Part shown: positions 20,899 through 31,021 of the stretch, one piece after another
Layout of the letters: each line of letters opens with the position of its first letter
How positions within the stretch are numbered: the stretch's first letter is position 1
Origin: Gemmatimonadota bacterium
Lineage (GTDB): Bacteria; Gemmatimonadota; Gemmatimonadetes; Palauibacterales; Palauibacteraceae
Direction of reading: 5' to 3'
Assembly: GCA_965116475.1 (NCBI GenBank)
Contig: OZ220691.1
Coordinates: 384,001-448,000, forward strand
Length of the DNA stretch: 64,000 nt
The notes under the pieces: generated by a model
The model's database searches: none
What the model was told of the DNA's origin: nothing
The model's input: only the letters and a program-made list of their open reading frames with translations
Position numbers and translations under genes: made by a program

Positions 20899-22275
20899 TC
20901 AGTCGGCGCGCGGGCCGGAGATCCGGGCTCCGGCGCCGAGGACGAGGATCGAGGCCAGGAGGAGGGCGGCCGCCGCCGGGAAGCCGGCCCGTGTCGCGCT
21001 CTCCTCCAGGACGGCCGGCTCGAAGGCGGGCACGCCGTCCCAGTCGACGGCATCGATCGGCGCAGCGTCGAAGAAAACCGGGTAGAAGTAGGTCTTCAGC
21101 CGCTCGTGGTGTCGGCGGACGGCGTCCTGGTAGGCGAGTTGGGCGGACAGATCGGTGGCGGCGAGGCGGTCGAGGGCAAGTTGGGCCGCGAGCGGGGGCA
21201 CGAAGAGGGACCACCGCCGGGCCCACGCTTCCCGCTCCCGCAGCACGTCCCGGTACGCATGCGAGGCCTCGCGCGCGGCCTGGTCGCCCCGGTGGTTCAT
21301 CGCGTAGTACCAGGCCCACGTGAAGACGTCCTCCGGGACCGTCCGGTCGCTCCACTCCGGGTAATCCGCGAAGAAACCGTCCATCGTCTCGGCCTTCGTC
21401 AGGTCCCAGGCCTCGTGATATCCCTGCCGCTGGCGCACGGTGAGTTCGAGCGCCTCCGGGGCGGGATGGAGGATCGCGTTCGCGAGGCTGAGCGCCGCGG
21501 GAGCCAGCAGGGTGAACCCGACCCACGTCCCCACCAGGATCATGGCGTTCGCGGTGGAGGACCGGCGCCGGGACGCGACGCAGAGGCAGAGCGCGAACCA
21601 GAAGAGGATGTGCAGCGCGATGAGCGCCGTCGCCCAGCCGGCCCGGCCGTCGAAGCTGAACCCCGCCAGCGACGCCGCGACCGCGACCGGCACCGCAACC
21701 ACCGCGCCGACGACGCAGGCGCGCGACGCGAGCTTCACGGCGAGGAGTCGCCGCGGGCGGGCGAAGAGCCGGACGAGATTCCAGGTGCCCCCCTCCCGCT
21801 CGCTGGAGACGAGGTCGTAGGTGAGGGCGATGATGAACAGAGGGAGGAGCGCGATGAGCAGGAAGGCGATGTCGAGATCGCCGGCCGCGGCGAGGCGAGG
21901 GTTCACCGTCTCGTGCTCGTAGAGTTGTCCCTCGAGCGCCAGGAGCCGGATGCGCAGGCTGGCCGCCTCGACTTCCGTTCGGCCCCGCGCAAGCGCGGCC
22001 AGAGGCAGGGACGGCTGGGGGGCCGGAAAGGCCAGGTAGTAGAGCATCTCCCCCGCTTCCGTCGCGGGAGGATAGCTGGAGAGGAGGTAGGCCAGCTGGT
22101 CGCGGTAGGCAGTCTCGGCGGCGACCGCGGAGGACTCCGCCGCTTCGATGTTGCGGCCGCCGCGCCACGCCGCGTAGAACCCGATCGCCAGTAGAAGGAC
22201 GACGGCGACGGCCACGCCGCGGGAGCGCGCCAGCCGGAGCAGTTCCAGCCTGAGGAGACGAAGCCAGACCCTCAC
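20899..22275 (-). CDS. ABC-2 type permease with DUF3526-like domain (type B')
   Basis: NP....GDLDIAF, SSEREGGTW; GTG start overlapping the upstream stop. Confidence 0.8.
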   Translation of the reverse strand: MRVWLRLLRLELLRLARSRGVAVAVVLLLAIGFYAAWRGGRNIEAAESSAVAAETAYRDQLAYLLSSYPPATEAGEMLYYLAFPAPQPSLPLAALARGRTEVEAASLRIRLLALEGQLYEHETVNPRLAAAGDLDIAFLLIALLPLFIIALTYDLVSSEREGGTWNLVRLFARPRRLLAVKLASRACVVGAVVAVPVAVAASLAGFSFDGRAGWATALIALHILFWFALCLCVASRRRSSTANAMILVGTWVGFTLLAPAALSLANAILHPAPEALELTVRQRQGYHEAWDLTKAETMDGFFADYPEWSDRTVPEDVFTWAWYYAMNHRGDQAAREASHAYRDVLREREAWARRWSLFVPPLAAQLALDRLAATDLSAQLAYQDAVRRHHERLKTYFYPVFFDAAPIDAVDWDGVPAFEPAVLEESATRAGFPAAAALLLASILVLGAGARISGPRAD

Positions 22276-23720
22276 GATGCGGCCCGATCCACCCCTACTC
22301 GCGCCAGCCGCCCTCGTGCGATGCCGAGGCCGAGCAGGGGAAGGAAAATCCACAGGCCGAGCGCGGCCAGAGAGAGCGCGCGACCGGCGAGCGCCCCACG
22401 GAGCGGGGGCGGCCGCGTCCCGAAGGTCGGGAATTCCGCCCAATGTTCGCGCGGCAGGCGCTGGGCGCGGTCGTTCTCGTAGTGGATCTGGCGGATGTGG
22501 AGATCGTTGAGGCGCTGGATGAGGTCGTACCGGTGGGCTTCCGCCTGCGCCCGGAAGGCCTCCACGGCCTCCGGCCCGGTCCCGGACACCGCCATCGAGA
22601 GGTCCCGCGCCGCCAGGTAGGGCGACAGGAGCCCCGCCCGGGACAGGACGCGGTCCTGACGGCGCTGGCCCGCGACCAGGTCCTGCTGGTGCTCCTCGTG
22701 GATCCGGCTGCTGATGGCCTCCCCTTCGCGGCTCACCACGCCGCCCCAGTTCACGGGAAGCTCCTCGACGGACGCGACCTCGTAGCGCGCCAGGTACTCG
22801 TCCCGCAGCGAGCGGAAGAAGGGGTCCTCGGGATTGTGGCTGTCCCCGACCTCGTTCAGCGCGCGTTCCACCTGGGCGGTGAACTCGGCTCGCGAGGGCA
22901 GCGGGTGCAGCGCCCCCGCGACGGAGGCCCCGAGGCGCGGCACGGCGACGCAGAAGACGACCCAGATCGCGATCAGTTGCGCGAGGGCGCTCCGCGAGGA
23001 GGCCCGGAAGGAGGATGCCAGGACGGTCAGCAGCACCCAGCCCGCCAGGTAGGCGGCGTAGATGCCCGCCAAGCCGGCCATGCGCCCGGCCGAGACCGGG
23101 CCGACCGACCCGGATCCGGCGATCACGACGGTGGCGACACCGATGGGAAGGGCGGCGAGGGCCGCCACCGCCGCCGTGCCCAGGACCTTGCCCGCAAGGA
23201 TCTGGCCCGGCGTCGCCCCCTGGGCGAGGAGGAGTCGCAACGTACCGCGCTCCCGCTCTGCGCTCACGGAGGCGAAGCCCGCGACGACGACGAACAGCGG
23301 AAGGAGGAGGGAGAGGACGGCCGCCGGCGTGAGGCGGCCGAAGCGCAGCATCCCGGTCGCATGGCGGGCATCGCCGAAATTGGCCGTGTTCTGCCGGTGT
23401 CCCTCCAGGAAGAGCGAGGTCCCCGCCCACGCGCCGACCCCCGGGTCGAAGAAGGCGAGCGGCGCCTCCTCCCGAAACACGAGGAACCCGTAGTGGATGA
23501 CCCGGTGCGGGTGACGGTCCGGCTGCTCCACCCACTGGCGCTCGACCATCGCCTGGTACCGGGCGCGCTGTTCCGCCTCGCTCGCGGCGTGGTGCCGCGC
23601 TCCGAGGACCGCGACGACGCCGAGGGCGATGACGAGCCCCAGCAGGAAGACGACGTACCGGTCCTCACGGACCGCACCCACCTGCCGGCGGGCGACGAGC
23701 AGCATGTTGCGGAGATTCAC
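22272..23720 (-). CDS. ABC-2 type permease with DUF3526-like domain (type A')
   Basis: QPDRHPHRVIHYG, FLEGHRQN, SAERERGTL, GDSHNP. Confidence 0.82.
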   Translation of the reverse strand: MNLRNMLLVARRQVGAVREDRYVVFLLGLVIALGVVAVLGARHHAASEAEQRARYQAMVERQWVEQPDRHPHRVIHYGFLVFREEAPLAFFDPGVGAWAGTSLFLEGHRQNTANFGDARHATGMLRFGRLTPAAVLSLLLPLFVVVAGFASVSAERERGTLRLLLAQGATPGQILAGKVLGTAAVAALAALPIGVATVVIAGSGSVGPVSAGRMAGLAGIYAAYLAGWVLLTVLASSFRASSRSALAQLIAIWVVFCVAVPRLGASVAGALHPLPSRAEFTAQVERALNEVGDSHNPEDPFFRSLRDEYLARYEVASVEELPVNWGGVVSREGEAISSRIHEEHQQDLVAGQRRQDRVLSRAGLLSPYLAARDLSMAVSGTGPEAVEAFRAQAEAHRYDLIQRLNDLHIRQIHYENDRAQRLPREHWAEFPTFGTRPPPLRGALAGRALSLAALGLWIFLPLLGLGIARGRLARVGVDRAAS

Positions 23721-23721
23721 G

Positions 23722-25152
23722 CTAGTCGGCGCCTCGCACGCGGCTGAGCCCGATGCCCGCACCGGCACCCACCAGGATGAGGAGCGCGCCCAGGACCCCG
23801 AGGGGCAGGGCGGCGCGGCGCGCGACCTCGCCGGACGCCTCGTCGGCGAGACGGAACTGCGGTACGCGGGAAAGGACACCGGGGTCCATCTGCTCGCCGG
23901 CAACGATCGCGGGCACGAAGAAGTCACGCCATCGCTCGGCGAAGGCGCGGACCTGCGACTGGAAGGCGGCGAAGCGCGCATCTCCCGTCCCCGCCGCATC
24001 GCTGAGCACCTCCTGGGCCAGGAGCGCGGGCGACAGGAAGCGGTAGCGGCGCACGAGGGCGATCTGCTCCGCGCGGCGCGCATCGTGCTCCGCCGTCACT
24101 TCCTCGAGGCGGCGGTTGACGGCGTCCGTGGCGGCCCACGCGAGCGCCCCCAGGCCGGGCTCGTCGGCCACCACGCCCTCGGCCATCTCGGGATGGTCCT
24201 CCAGGTAGCGGGCGAGGAGTTCGCTGCGGCGATTCACGGCCTCGTTCGAGGCCTCGCGCTGGGCGGTGATCATCTGCACGCGCGACGGCAACGGGTGCAG
24301 CAGGCCCGCCGCGATGTTGATCGCGGCCGGCAGCACGACGACCAGGACCAGCCACGCGCCCACCAGTACCGTGGCGTTCCAGGCGGAGGACCGCCGCAGG
24401 CCGTTCACCCACGCCGCGAGCGCGAACCAGAAGAGCGCGTACGCGACGACCGCGGCGCACCAGAGAAGGATCCGGCCGGGCGCGCCGAAGCCCCCCGTGA
24501 CGAGGAGCCCGACCAGCGACACCCCCAGCACCATGCCCACCGCAAGGAGGGCGCGGAAGGCGAGCTTCGCCGCCACGACGCCCCGCGCCGACACGGGCTG
24601 CGACAGGGTCAGCGCCAGCGTCCCCTGTTCGCGCTCCTCGGAGAGGACGTTGAAGCTCAGGGCCAGCACGAGCAGCGGCAGGAGGTAGATGACCACAAAG
24701 GCCAGGTCGAAGCGCCCGACCATCAGGTTGAGGGGACTCTCCACCTCTCCGTTCTGCTGGAACGACGACTCGTTCGTGTAGATGTTGACGTCGTAGTAGT
24801 ACGGGAGCAGGTCGCCCTGTCCGACCGTCAGGGCCGTCAGGGGGCCAGGCGCCAGCACCGCCGTGTGGCGCCCCCGCGCCCCGCCGAGCACGTTCGGGAG
24901 CCGCGGATCCGAGAAGCGCGAAGCGGGTTCCGCGCCGTTCTCGATGTCGGCCAGTTCCTGCGTGAGAGCTTGTGTGCGCTCGACGTTTCCGGCCTGCGCG
25001 GCCTCCGCCGTGCGCTCCTGAAAGCGCGTCCAGACCACGCCGTTGGCCAGCGCGTAGACCAACAGGAGCGCGAAGAGTCCGAGCGCGATCCGGAGCGGAC
25101 GATCCGCCATGAGCAGGCGCCACTCGTTCCGGAGTACGGTGCGCGCGGTCAT
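23722..25152 (-). CDS. ABC-2 type permease with DUF3526-like domain (type B)
   Basis: SPLNLMVGRFDLAFV, SEEREQGTL, HPLPSR. Confidence 0.82.
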   Translation of the reverse strand: MTARTVLRNEWRLLMADRPLRIALGLFALLLVYALANGVVWTRFQERTAEAAQAGNVERTQALTQELADIENGAEPASRFSDPRLPNVLGGARGRHTAVLAPGPLTALTVGQGDLLPYYYDVNIYTNESSFQQNGEVESPLNLMVGRFDLAFVVIYLLPLLVLALSFNVLSEEREQGTLALTLSQPVSARGVVAAKLAFRALLAVGMVLGVSLVGLLVTGGFGAPGRILLWCAAVVAYALFWFALAAWVNGLRRSSAWNATVLVGAWLVLVVVLPAAINIAAGLLHPLPSRVQMITAQREASNEAVNRRSELLARYLEDHPEMAEGVVADEPGLGALAWAATDAVNRRLEEVTAEHDARRAEQIALVRRYRFLSPALLAQEVLSDAAGTGDARFAAFQSQVRAFAERWRDFFVPAIVAGEQMDPGVLSRVPQFRLADEASGEVARRAALPLGVLGALLILVGAGAGIGLSRVRGAD

Positions 25153-25153
25153 C

Positions 25154-26578
25154 CTACGTCACCTCCGCGCGCCGCACGCGCGCCGCGGCGAGCAGGATCG
25201 CGCCTGCGAGCCACCCCCCGAGCACGACGAGCGACAGGATCCGGTTGCCCAGCACCCAGGCCAGGGTCGGGGCATCGTACCGCAGCGGCGGCGTGGACTC
25301 CCAGAGCTCGGCTCCGGCCTGGTAGGAGAAATCGCCGCTGCGGGAGTTCTCCGTGAGGTCGCCGTTCATCCGCCGCATCAGGTCCCGGCGGTACGTTTCC
25401 GCGGCGCTCGCGAAGTGCCGGTGCTGCTCGACATCGGTTCCGGCCAGTCCCATGGACAGGGCGCGCACCGCAAGCAGCGGCGCCGCCACCGCGACCATCT
25501 CGTGGACGGCCCCCTGGCGCTCGAACGTGTCCCAGAGCGCGCCGTAGTTGCGGTCGAAGATCCGGTTGCCAAACTCCTCGCTCGCCTGGAGCAGGACGCC
25601 CGACTGGTTGATCGGCAGGTCTTCGACCCGCTCGACCCCGTACTCCGCCAGCAGGCCCTCCGTCAGCGCCTCGTTGTCCGGACGAGCGATGTCCTCCGTG
25701 CCGGAGGCCATCTCCCGTTCCACCGTGCGGGCGAACTCGAGGGCGGAAGGCGTGGGGTGCATCCACTTCGACAGGTCCACCGCCACGCGCGGCGCCACGA
25801 GTCCGTTCACCACCCACACGCCCAGCAGGATCACCAGGGCGGTGCGCGTCGAACGGGTCCAGGCGGAGACGGCCAGCGAGAGCGCCACGAAGGCGGCAAA
25901 ATAGACCAGGTAGACGACGGCCAGGACCGCGGCCCGGGCCACCGGGGACGCCGCCGGACCGGGGCTCCCGACGACGAGTGCCGCCGCCCCCACCGCCGCC
26001 GCGGGCACCAGCAGAAGCGCCAGCGCGCCCGCGATCCCGAGCGCCTTTCCGAGCGCCAGATCGCGCCGCCCGACCCCGGTCGCGAGCAGTTGACGAAGCG
26101 TGCCCCGTTCCCGCTCGCCGGCGAGCGCGCCGAAGGTGAGCAGGATGATCAGCAGGGGCACGAGGTGCTGCAGTACCTGCGCCGCCGTGAGGGCCCCGAT
26201 GCGCTGGGCCGCCGTCGCGTCCTGGGCGGGGCGCAGCAGGAAGTCGTTCTGCCGGTGCGCCTCCAGCCACACCGATGTCCCGGTGTAGGGGTCCACGCCC
26301 TCGTCCACGAAGGAGAGCGCGAGGCGGGGCTTGAACGCATAGACGCCGTAGTGAGCCGCGGAATGGGGATTCTTCTCGCCCTGCGACTCCCAGTGATCGC
26401 GAGCCGTCGCCTGTGCGGCCGCGTGCTCCCGCTGCGCCTCCCGCGCCTGGACCCACCCGTGGCCCAGGGAGACGAGCAGCAGCGCTCCAACGAGGACGGA
26501 GCACCACCTGAAACGGCCGTCCCGAAGTACGTCTGTGAATTCCTTGCGGATGATGTGGCGGATGCTGTGCCTGATCAT
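25154..26578 (-). CDS. ABC-2 type permease with DUF3526-like domain (type A)
   Basis: QGEKNPHSAAHYG, WLEAHRQN, AGERERGTL. Confidence 0.85.
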   Translation of the reverse strand: MIRHSIRHIIRKEFTDVLRDGRFRWCSVLVGALLLVSLGHGWVQAREAQREHAAAQATARDHWESQGEKNPHSAAHYGVYAFKPRLALSFVDEGVDPYTGTSVWLEAHRQNDFLLRPAQDATAAQRIGALTAAQVLQHLVPLLIILLTFGALAGERERGTLRQLLATGVGRRDLALGKALGIAGALALLLVPAAAVGAAALVVGSPGPAASPVARAAVLAVVYLVYFAAFVALSLAVSAWTRSTRTALVILLGVWVVNGLVAPRVAVDLSKWMHPTPSALEFARTVEREMASGTEDIARPDNEALTEGLLAEYGVERVEDLPINQSGVLLQASEEFGNRIFDRNYGALWDTFERQGAVHEMVAVAAPLLAVRALSMGLAGTDVEQHRHFASAAETYRRDLMRRMNGDLTENSRSGDFSYQAGAELWESTPPLRYDAPTLAWVLGNRILSLVVLGGWLAGAILLAAARVRRAEVT

Positions 26579-26596
26579 CTACGCCTCCCAGTCGTG

Positions 26597-27337
26597 CTAG
26601 TCGTGCATGTGTTCCAGGTAGATGCGCTCGAGATCCGCGTGGCCGATCTCGTCCGTGCTCATCTCCGTGACGAGGCCTCCGTAACGCATGATGCCCACGC
26701 GCGTCCCGGTCTCCTTGGCGCGAAACAGGTCGTGGGTCGCCATGAGCACCGCGACCCCGCCGTGCCTGAGCCGTTCGATCAGGGCCGAGAACTCGTTGGA
26801 GGCCTTGGGGTCGAGGCCGGACGTCGGCTCGTCGAGCAGGAGGGCGTCCGCTTCCTTGGCCATCGCGATCGCGATGCCGACCTTCTGCCGCATGCCCTTG
26901 GAGTACTCGGACACGCGGCGGTCGACCGCGTCGCGCTCCAGACCGGCTTCGACGAGGATGTCCGCGAGCCGCTCGCGCCCCAGCGACCCTTTCCCCCCCA
27001 GGGCGGCGAAGTACTCGAGGTTCTCGAGTCCGCTGAGGTTGCGGTACAGCATCACCTGCTCGGGGATGTAGGCGAGCCGGCGCTTCGTCTCGCGGTCGTG
27101 GGCGGACACGTCCAGCCCGGAGACCAGGGCCTGGCCTCCCGACGGCGACACGAAGCCGAGGAAAAGGTTGATCGTCGTGGTCTTCCCCGCCCCGTTGGGG
27201 CCGAGGAGGCAGTAGACCTCTCCCGGCTCGATGGCCAGGTCGAGGGAATCGAGGGCCTGCGTGGCGCCGTAGCGCTTGCTGAGCCCGCGGGCCTCGAGGA
27301 GGGGCGGCTGCCCCGCTCTCGATTCGGCGGTCTGCAT
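26597..27337 (-). CDS. ABC transporter ATP-binding protein
   Basis: GPNGAGKTT, YSKGMRQK, LLLDEPTSGLDP, H-loop. Confidence 0.95.
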   Translation of the reverse strand: MQTAESRAGQPPLLEARGLSKRYGATQALDSLDLAIEPGEVYCLLGPNGAGKTTTINLFLGFVSPSGGQALVSGLDVSAHDRETKRRLAYIPEQVMLYRNLSGLENLEYFAALGGKGSLGRERLADILVEAGLERDAVDRRVSEYSKGMRQKVGIAIAMAKEADALLLDEPTSGLDPKASNEFSALIERLRHGGVAVLMATHDLFRAKETGTRVGIMRYGGLVTEMSTDEIGHADLERIYLEHMHD

Positions 27338-27438
27338 GGGTCTCCATCTCTCGCGTTGGCCGCGCCATCAGCGGCGCGGTCGACAAGTCTCCTGCCGGTC
27401 TCCGGACCGGGAGAGCGGCTCTTCGCTACAGACTTTCG

Positions 27439-27756
27439 CTACAGAGAGATGGGAAGCGGGGGAGCCCGGCTGCGGTGAGGAGAGAGATGGACCGCCCGGA
27501 CATTCAGCCGGTGTCCGCGAAGCGCCGGAGCCGGCACGAGACGGGGACCGCCGACAGTCGGCGTCACCGTGGACACCACCGGGTCCGCCTTGTGCGTCAG
27601 TTCGCATATCGAACACGCCGCCGGCGAATCGGCGTCGTCGTCATGCGAATGCGTACCCTCCGCGAGGCCGACGACGACGAGCGAAAGGCCCACCAGGATT
27701 CCGGGCAGCCAGCGCATGTGGCGCCTGGGTCCTCCGGCATCAACCTGGTTTGCCAT
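27439..27756 (-). CDS. DUF2946/CruR-CutF-like leader protein (TM, HxH, CxxC, C-terminal RAPP)
   Basis: GGAGGGG RBS; hydrophobic segment, THSH, CSIC, Pro-rich linker, SRAPP 5 aa before the stop. Confidence 0.75.
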   Translation of the reverse strand: MANQVDAGGPRRHMRWLPGILVGLSLVVVGLAEGTHSHDDDADSPAACSICELTHKADPVVSTVTPTVGGPRLVPAPALRGHRLNVRAVHLSPHRSRAPPLPISL

Positions 27757-27880
27757 GGCTCCCCTCCCGTCCCGCGAATCGGCGCGCCGGCCCGCCCGGA
27801 AGCGGCCGCGGCGGCGGCACCTTAGAGAACGCACGATGCCCGGTCAACGTTGAGCCCAATGACGTGGAGCTAGTGTGGGG

Positions 27881-28360
27881 CTAGTAGAGCGTGCGGTCGC
27901 GCTTTCGGGTCCAGCGCTCGAAGGCGACCCCTGCCCGGTCGGAAGGGATGCGCACGAGCGAGACGATCCGGCGCTCCGCGGGCGGCAGGGAGAACTCGTC
28001 GTAGATGTCTTCGTCGCTGAACCGGATACGGGCCGCGTCCTCGCGGGTGTTGGCGTAGTACACGCGCCGGATCCGGCTCCAGTAGATCGCCCCCAGGCAC
28101 ATCGGGCACGGCTCGCAGCTCGCGTAGAGCTCGCAGCCGCCGAGATCGAACGTGCCCAGGAGCTCGCAGGCCGTTCGAATCGCCCGGATTTCGGCGTGGG
28201 CCGTGGGATCGTTGTCCAGCGTGACGCGGTTCGTCCCCTCGGCGACGATCTCGCCGCCCTTCACCACGACGGCGCCGAACGGCCCGCCGCCCTCCTGGAC
28301 GCTGCGCTCGGACAGCTCGATGGCCCGCTCGATGGCCCGCCTCATGAACTCGTCATGCAT
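27881..28360 (-). CDS. Nucleoside/guanine deaminase (CDA-like zinc deaminase)
   Basis: GGPFGAVVV, DPTAHAE, CEPCPMCLGAIYW. Confidence 0.92.
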   Translation of the reverse strand: MHDEFMRRAIERAIELSERSVQEGGGPFGAVVVKGGEIVAEGTNRVTLDNDPTAHAEIRAIRTACELLGTFDLGGCELYASCEPCPMCLGAIYWSRIRRVYYANTREDAARIRFSDEDIYDEFSLPPAERRIVSLVRIPSDRAGVAFERWTRKRDRTLY

Positions 28361-28514
28361 CGCGACGCTCGTTTCGCCGGGGCGTGTGCGTTCGACTCCG
28401 GCCCGTCGCCGCGCGGCGGTCGACGCCCGGAGCTGTCCCGGAATATACTCAGCCCGTCCCATCCCCGGTTTCCCGCCGGGGCCGCCGTCTCCCCATACGT
28501 CACGGCGTACGCGA

Positions 28515-29447
28515 TTGACGAACTCGAAGGGTGGCCGCCCGTCCCGACCGCGTCCGCGCGATCTCACGGTGGACCTCGGACTCCTGCTCACCGCGATCAT
28601 CTGGGGCATCAACTTCTCCGTCGTGAAGATCGTCCTGCGATGGGTCGATCCGCTGGCCTTCAACGCCGTGCGCTTCCCGTTCGCGGCGCTGGCCGTCTGG
28701 TTCCTCCTCCGGGCCACGGGACGCCCCGTCTTCCCGCCGCGTAGCGAGTGGCCGCGGATCGTGGGACTCGCGGTCGTGGGACACGTAATCTTCCAGGCCG
28801 CTTTCATCTACGGGATCGACCTGACGCTGACCGGGAACGCCGCCCTGCTCCTCTCCACGAGCCCCGTGTGGGTGCTCCTGATCGCGTCCGTGCTCGGGCG
28901 GGAGCGGTTCAGCCTCGCCATCCTCCTGGGTGTCGTCGCCACGCTCGCCGGCATGGCGATCCTCGTTACCGGGGGCACGGAGGAAGTCGGAGGTGCGGGC
29001 CTCGGCGACCTGCTCGTCCTCGGGGCCGCGCTCTCCTGGGCGTCCTTCACCGTCTTCGGACGGCGCATCACGAAGCGACGCGGGGCGCTGGAGGTGACGG
29101 CGTGGACCCTCTGGGCCGCCCTTCCCGTCATCGTCGTCATGGGGATTCCGGATCTGATGCGCGTCGACTGGGGCTCGATCCCGACGGGGATCTGGTTCGC
29201 GTCGGCCTACACGGGGGTCTTCGGGATCGCCATCGCCTACCTGCTCTGGTCGCGGGGCATGAAGACGATCGGACAGAGCCGGACGGCGGTGTACCAGAAC
29301 CTCGTCCCGGTGATCGCGCTCGCAACGGCGTGGATGTGGCTGGGGGAGACGCCCACGCCGCAGCAACTGGCGGGCGCCGCCGTCATCCTCTCGGGCATCG
29401 CCGTGGCGCGCGGCCTCGCCGGGCGACGGCGCCGCCGCGCGCCGTGA
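28515..29447 (+). CDS. DMT/EamA family transporter
   Basis: IWGINF, about 10 TM segments in two EamA repeats, LGET; start uncertain. Confidence 0.88.
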   Translation: MTNSKGGRPSRPRPRDLTVDLGLLLTAIIWGINFSVVKIVLRWVDPLAFNAVRFPFAALAVWFLLRATGRPVFPPRSEWPRIVGLAVVGHVIFQAAFIYGIDLTLTGNAALLLSTSPVWVLLIASVLGRERFSLAILLGVVATLAGMAILVTGGTEEVGGAGLGDLLVLGAALSWASFTVFGRRITKRRGALEVTAWTLWAALPVIVVMGIPDLMRVDWGSIPTGIWFASAYTGVFGIAIAYLLWSRGMKTIGQSRTAVYQNLVPVIALATAWMWLGETPTPQQLAGAAVILSGIAVARGLAGRRRRRAP

Positions 29448-29475
29448 ACCGAATCACAGGGAGTGACCCGAACGG

Positions 29476-30339
29476 ATGAAGACGCGAGCCACGACCGCCG
29501 AACTCGTCGCCGCCATGCGCGCCCGGCATCAGCGAGACCGGGTCCGCCTCGTGGAGGATCCCTACGCCCTCGGCCTGTGCGGCTGGCACCTGCGCCTTCT
29601 CGTCAGGCTCCGGCCCATCTCCTGGTTCCTGATCAACCATGCTCTGCGGGACCTGCGCCCCAGCATGCTGGGCGTGCTGATCCGGGCGCGGTACGCGGAG
29701 CATGCGCTGGAGGCGGCCATCCGTGACGGGATCACGCAGTATGTGATCATCGGAGCCGGCCTGGACGCCTTTGCGTTTCGCCGGCCCGACCTCATGGAGC
29801 ACCTGCAGGTGTTCGAGATCGATCTGCCCGAGATGCAGGCGATCAAGCGGGAGCGGCTGCGGAAGATGGGCGTGGAGCGACCACCGGGACTCCACTTCGT
29901 CGCGGCGGATCTCGGAGAGGTGCCCGTGATGGAGGCGCTCGCGATGTCCTCGTTCGACTCCGGCCAGCGAGCGTTCCTCTCCCTGCTCGGGGTCACCTAT
30001 TACCTGCCCACGGACGTCATCGCGGCGACCGCCCGTTCGATCGCCTCAGGGGTCGCGCCCGGTTCCCGCTTCGTGCTCGACCACATGCTCGACGACGGCA
30101 GCGCGTGGCCCGAGCACCGTGAGAAGCGGGCAGCCCTCAAGGCGTACGTGGCGAAGCGGGGCGAACCGATGCACGCCGACTACAGTCCGGAGGAGATGAG
30201 CGAACTGATGGCCGGGGCGGGCTTCCGCACGCTGGAGGCCATCACGATGATGGACCTCGGCGACCGGTTCACGAGAGAACTGGGGCCGCTGCCGTTCGAG
30301 ATACCGGGCATCTTCGCCTGCGGCCTCTACGAGGCGTAG
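29476..30339 (+). CDS. SAM-dependent methyltransferase (LCM/Ppm1-like)
   Basis: DPYA, RARYAE, QYVIIGAGLDAFAFR, FEIDLP, GVTYYL. Confidence 0.88.
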   Translation: MKTRATTAELVAAMRARHQRDRVRLVEDPYALGLCGWHLRLLVRLRPISWFLINHALRDLRPSMLGVLIRARYAEHALEAAIRDGITQYVIIGAGLDAFAFRRPDLMEHLQVFEIDLPEMQAIKRERLRKMGVERPPGLHFVAADLGEVPVMEALAMSSFDSGQRAFLSLLGVTYYLPTDVIAATARSIASGVAPGSRFVLDHMLDDGSAWPEHREKRAALKAYVAKRGEPMHADYSPEEMSELMAGAGFRTLEAITMMDLGDRFTRELGPLPFEIPGIFACGLYEA

Positions 30340-30376
30340 AGGCCGGACTCGCGACGGCCTCCGGCGGCGGTCTACC

Positions 30377-31021
30377 TTGGAGCGCATGTCCGTCGAATGC
30401 AGTGTAGCGGGGATCGTGCTGGCCGCCGGGTCGTCGACCCGCATGGGGCGCAACAAGCTCCTGCTGGCCGTCGGCGGCGAGACGCTCGTGCGCCGCGCCG
30501 CGCGCCTCGCGGGTGAAGCCGGCCTGGACCCCGTCATCCTCGTCACCGGGCGTTTCCGGGAGGCCGTCGCGCGGGAGGTCGAGGATCTCGCCTGCACACC
30601 GGTGTTCAATCCGGACCACGAAACGGGCATCCAGACCTCCGTGGCCTGCGGGGTCGCCGCGGTGCCGGCGGCGTGCGGGGCGGCTGTCGTGGTGCTGCCG
30701 GACATGCCCTTCGTGACCGCGCGCATGGTGCGCACGCTCGTGGAACGCCGCGCGGAGACCGGCGCGCCGCTCGTCGTGTCCCGCTACGGAGGCGAGGTCA
30801 ACGCGCCGCCGATCCTCTACGACCGCAGCCTGTTCGGCGAGATCTCCCGCATGCGGGCGGGCTGCGGGCGGGAAGTCGTCCGACGGCACCACGAGCGGGC
30901 GGTCCTCGTGGAGTGGCCGGCCGACCGCCTGCGCGATCTCGACCGCCCCGACGAGTACGAGTCCCTGCGGCGGGAACTCGCGGGAGCCGGCTCCCGCTCC
31001 GGCTCCGGGGATCTCCCGTGA
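30377..31021 (+). CDS. mocA: Molybdenum cofactor cytidylyltransferase (MocA-like)
   Basis: LAAGSSTRMGRNKLL, LPDMPFV, DLDRPDEY; cox context. Confidence 0.82.
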   Translation: MERMSVECSVAGIVLAAGSSTRMGRNKLLLAVGGETLVRRAARLAGEAGLDPVILVTGRFREAVAREVEDLACTPVFNPDHETGIQTSVACGVAAVPAACGAAVVVLPDMPFVTARMVRTLVERRAETGAPLVVSRYGGEVNAPPILYDRSLFGEISRMRAGCGREVVRRHHERAVLVEWPADRLRDLDRPDEYESLRRELAGAGSRSGSGDLP

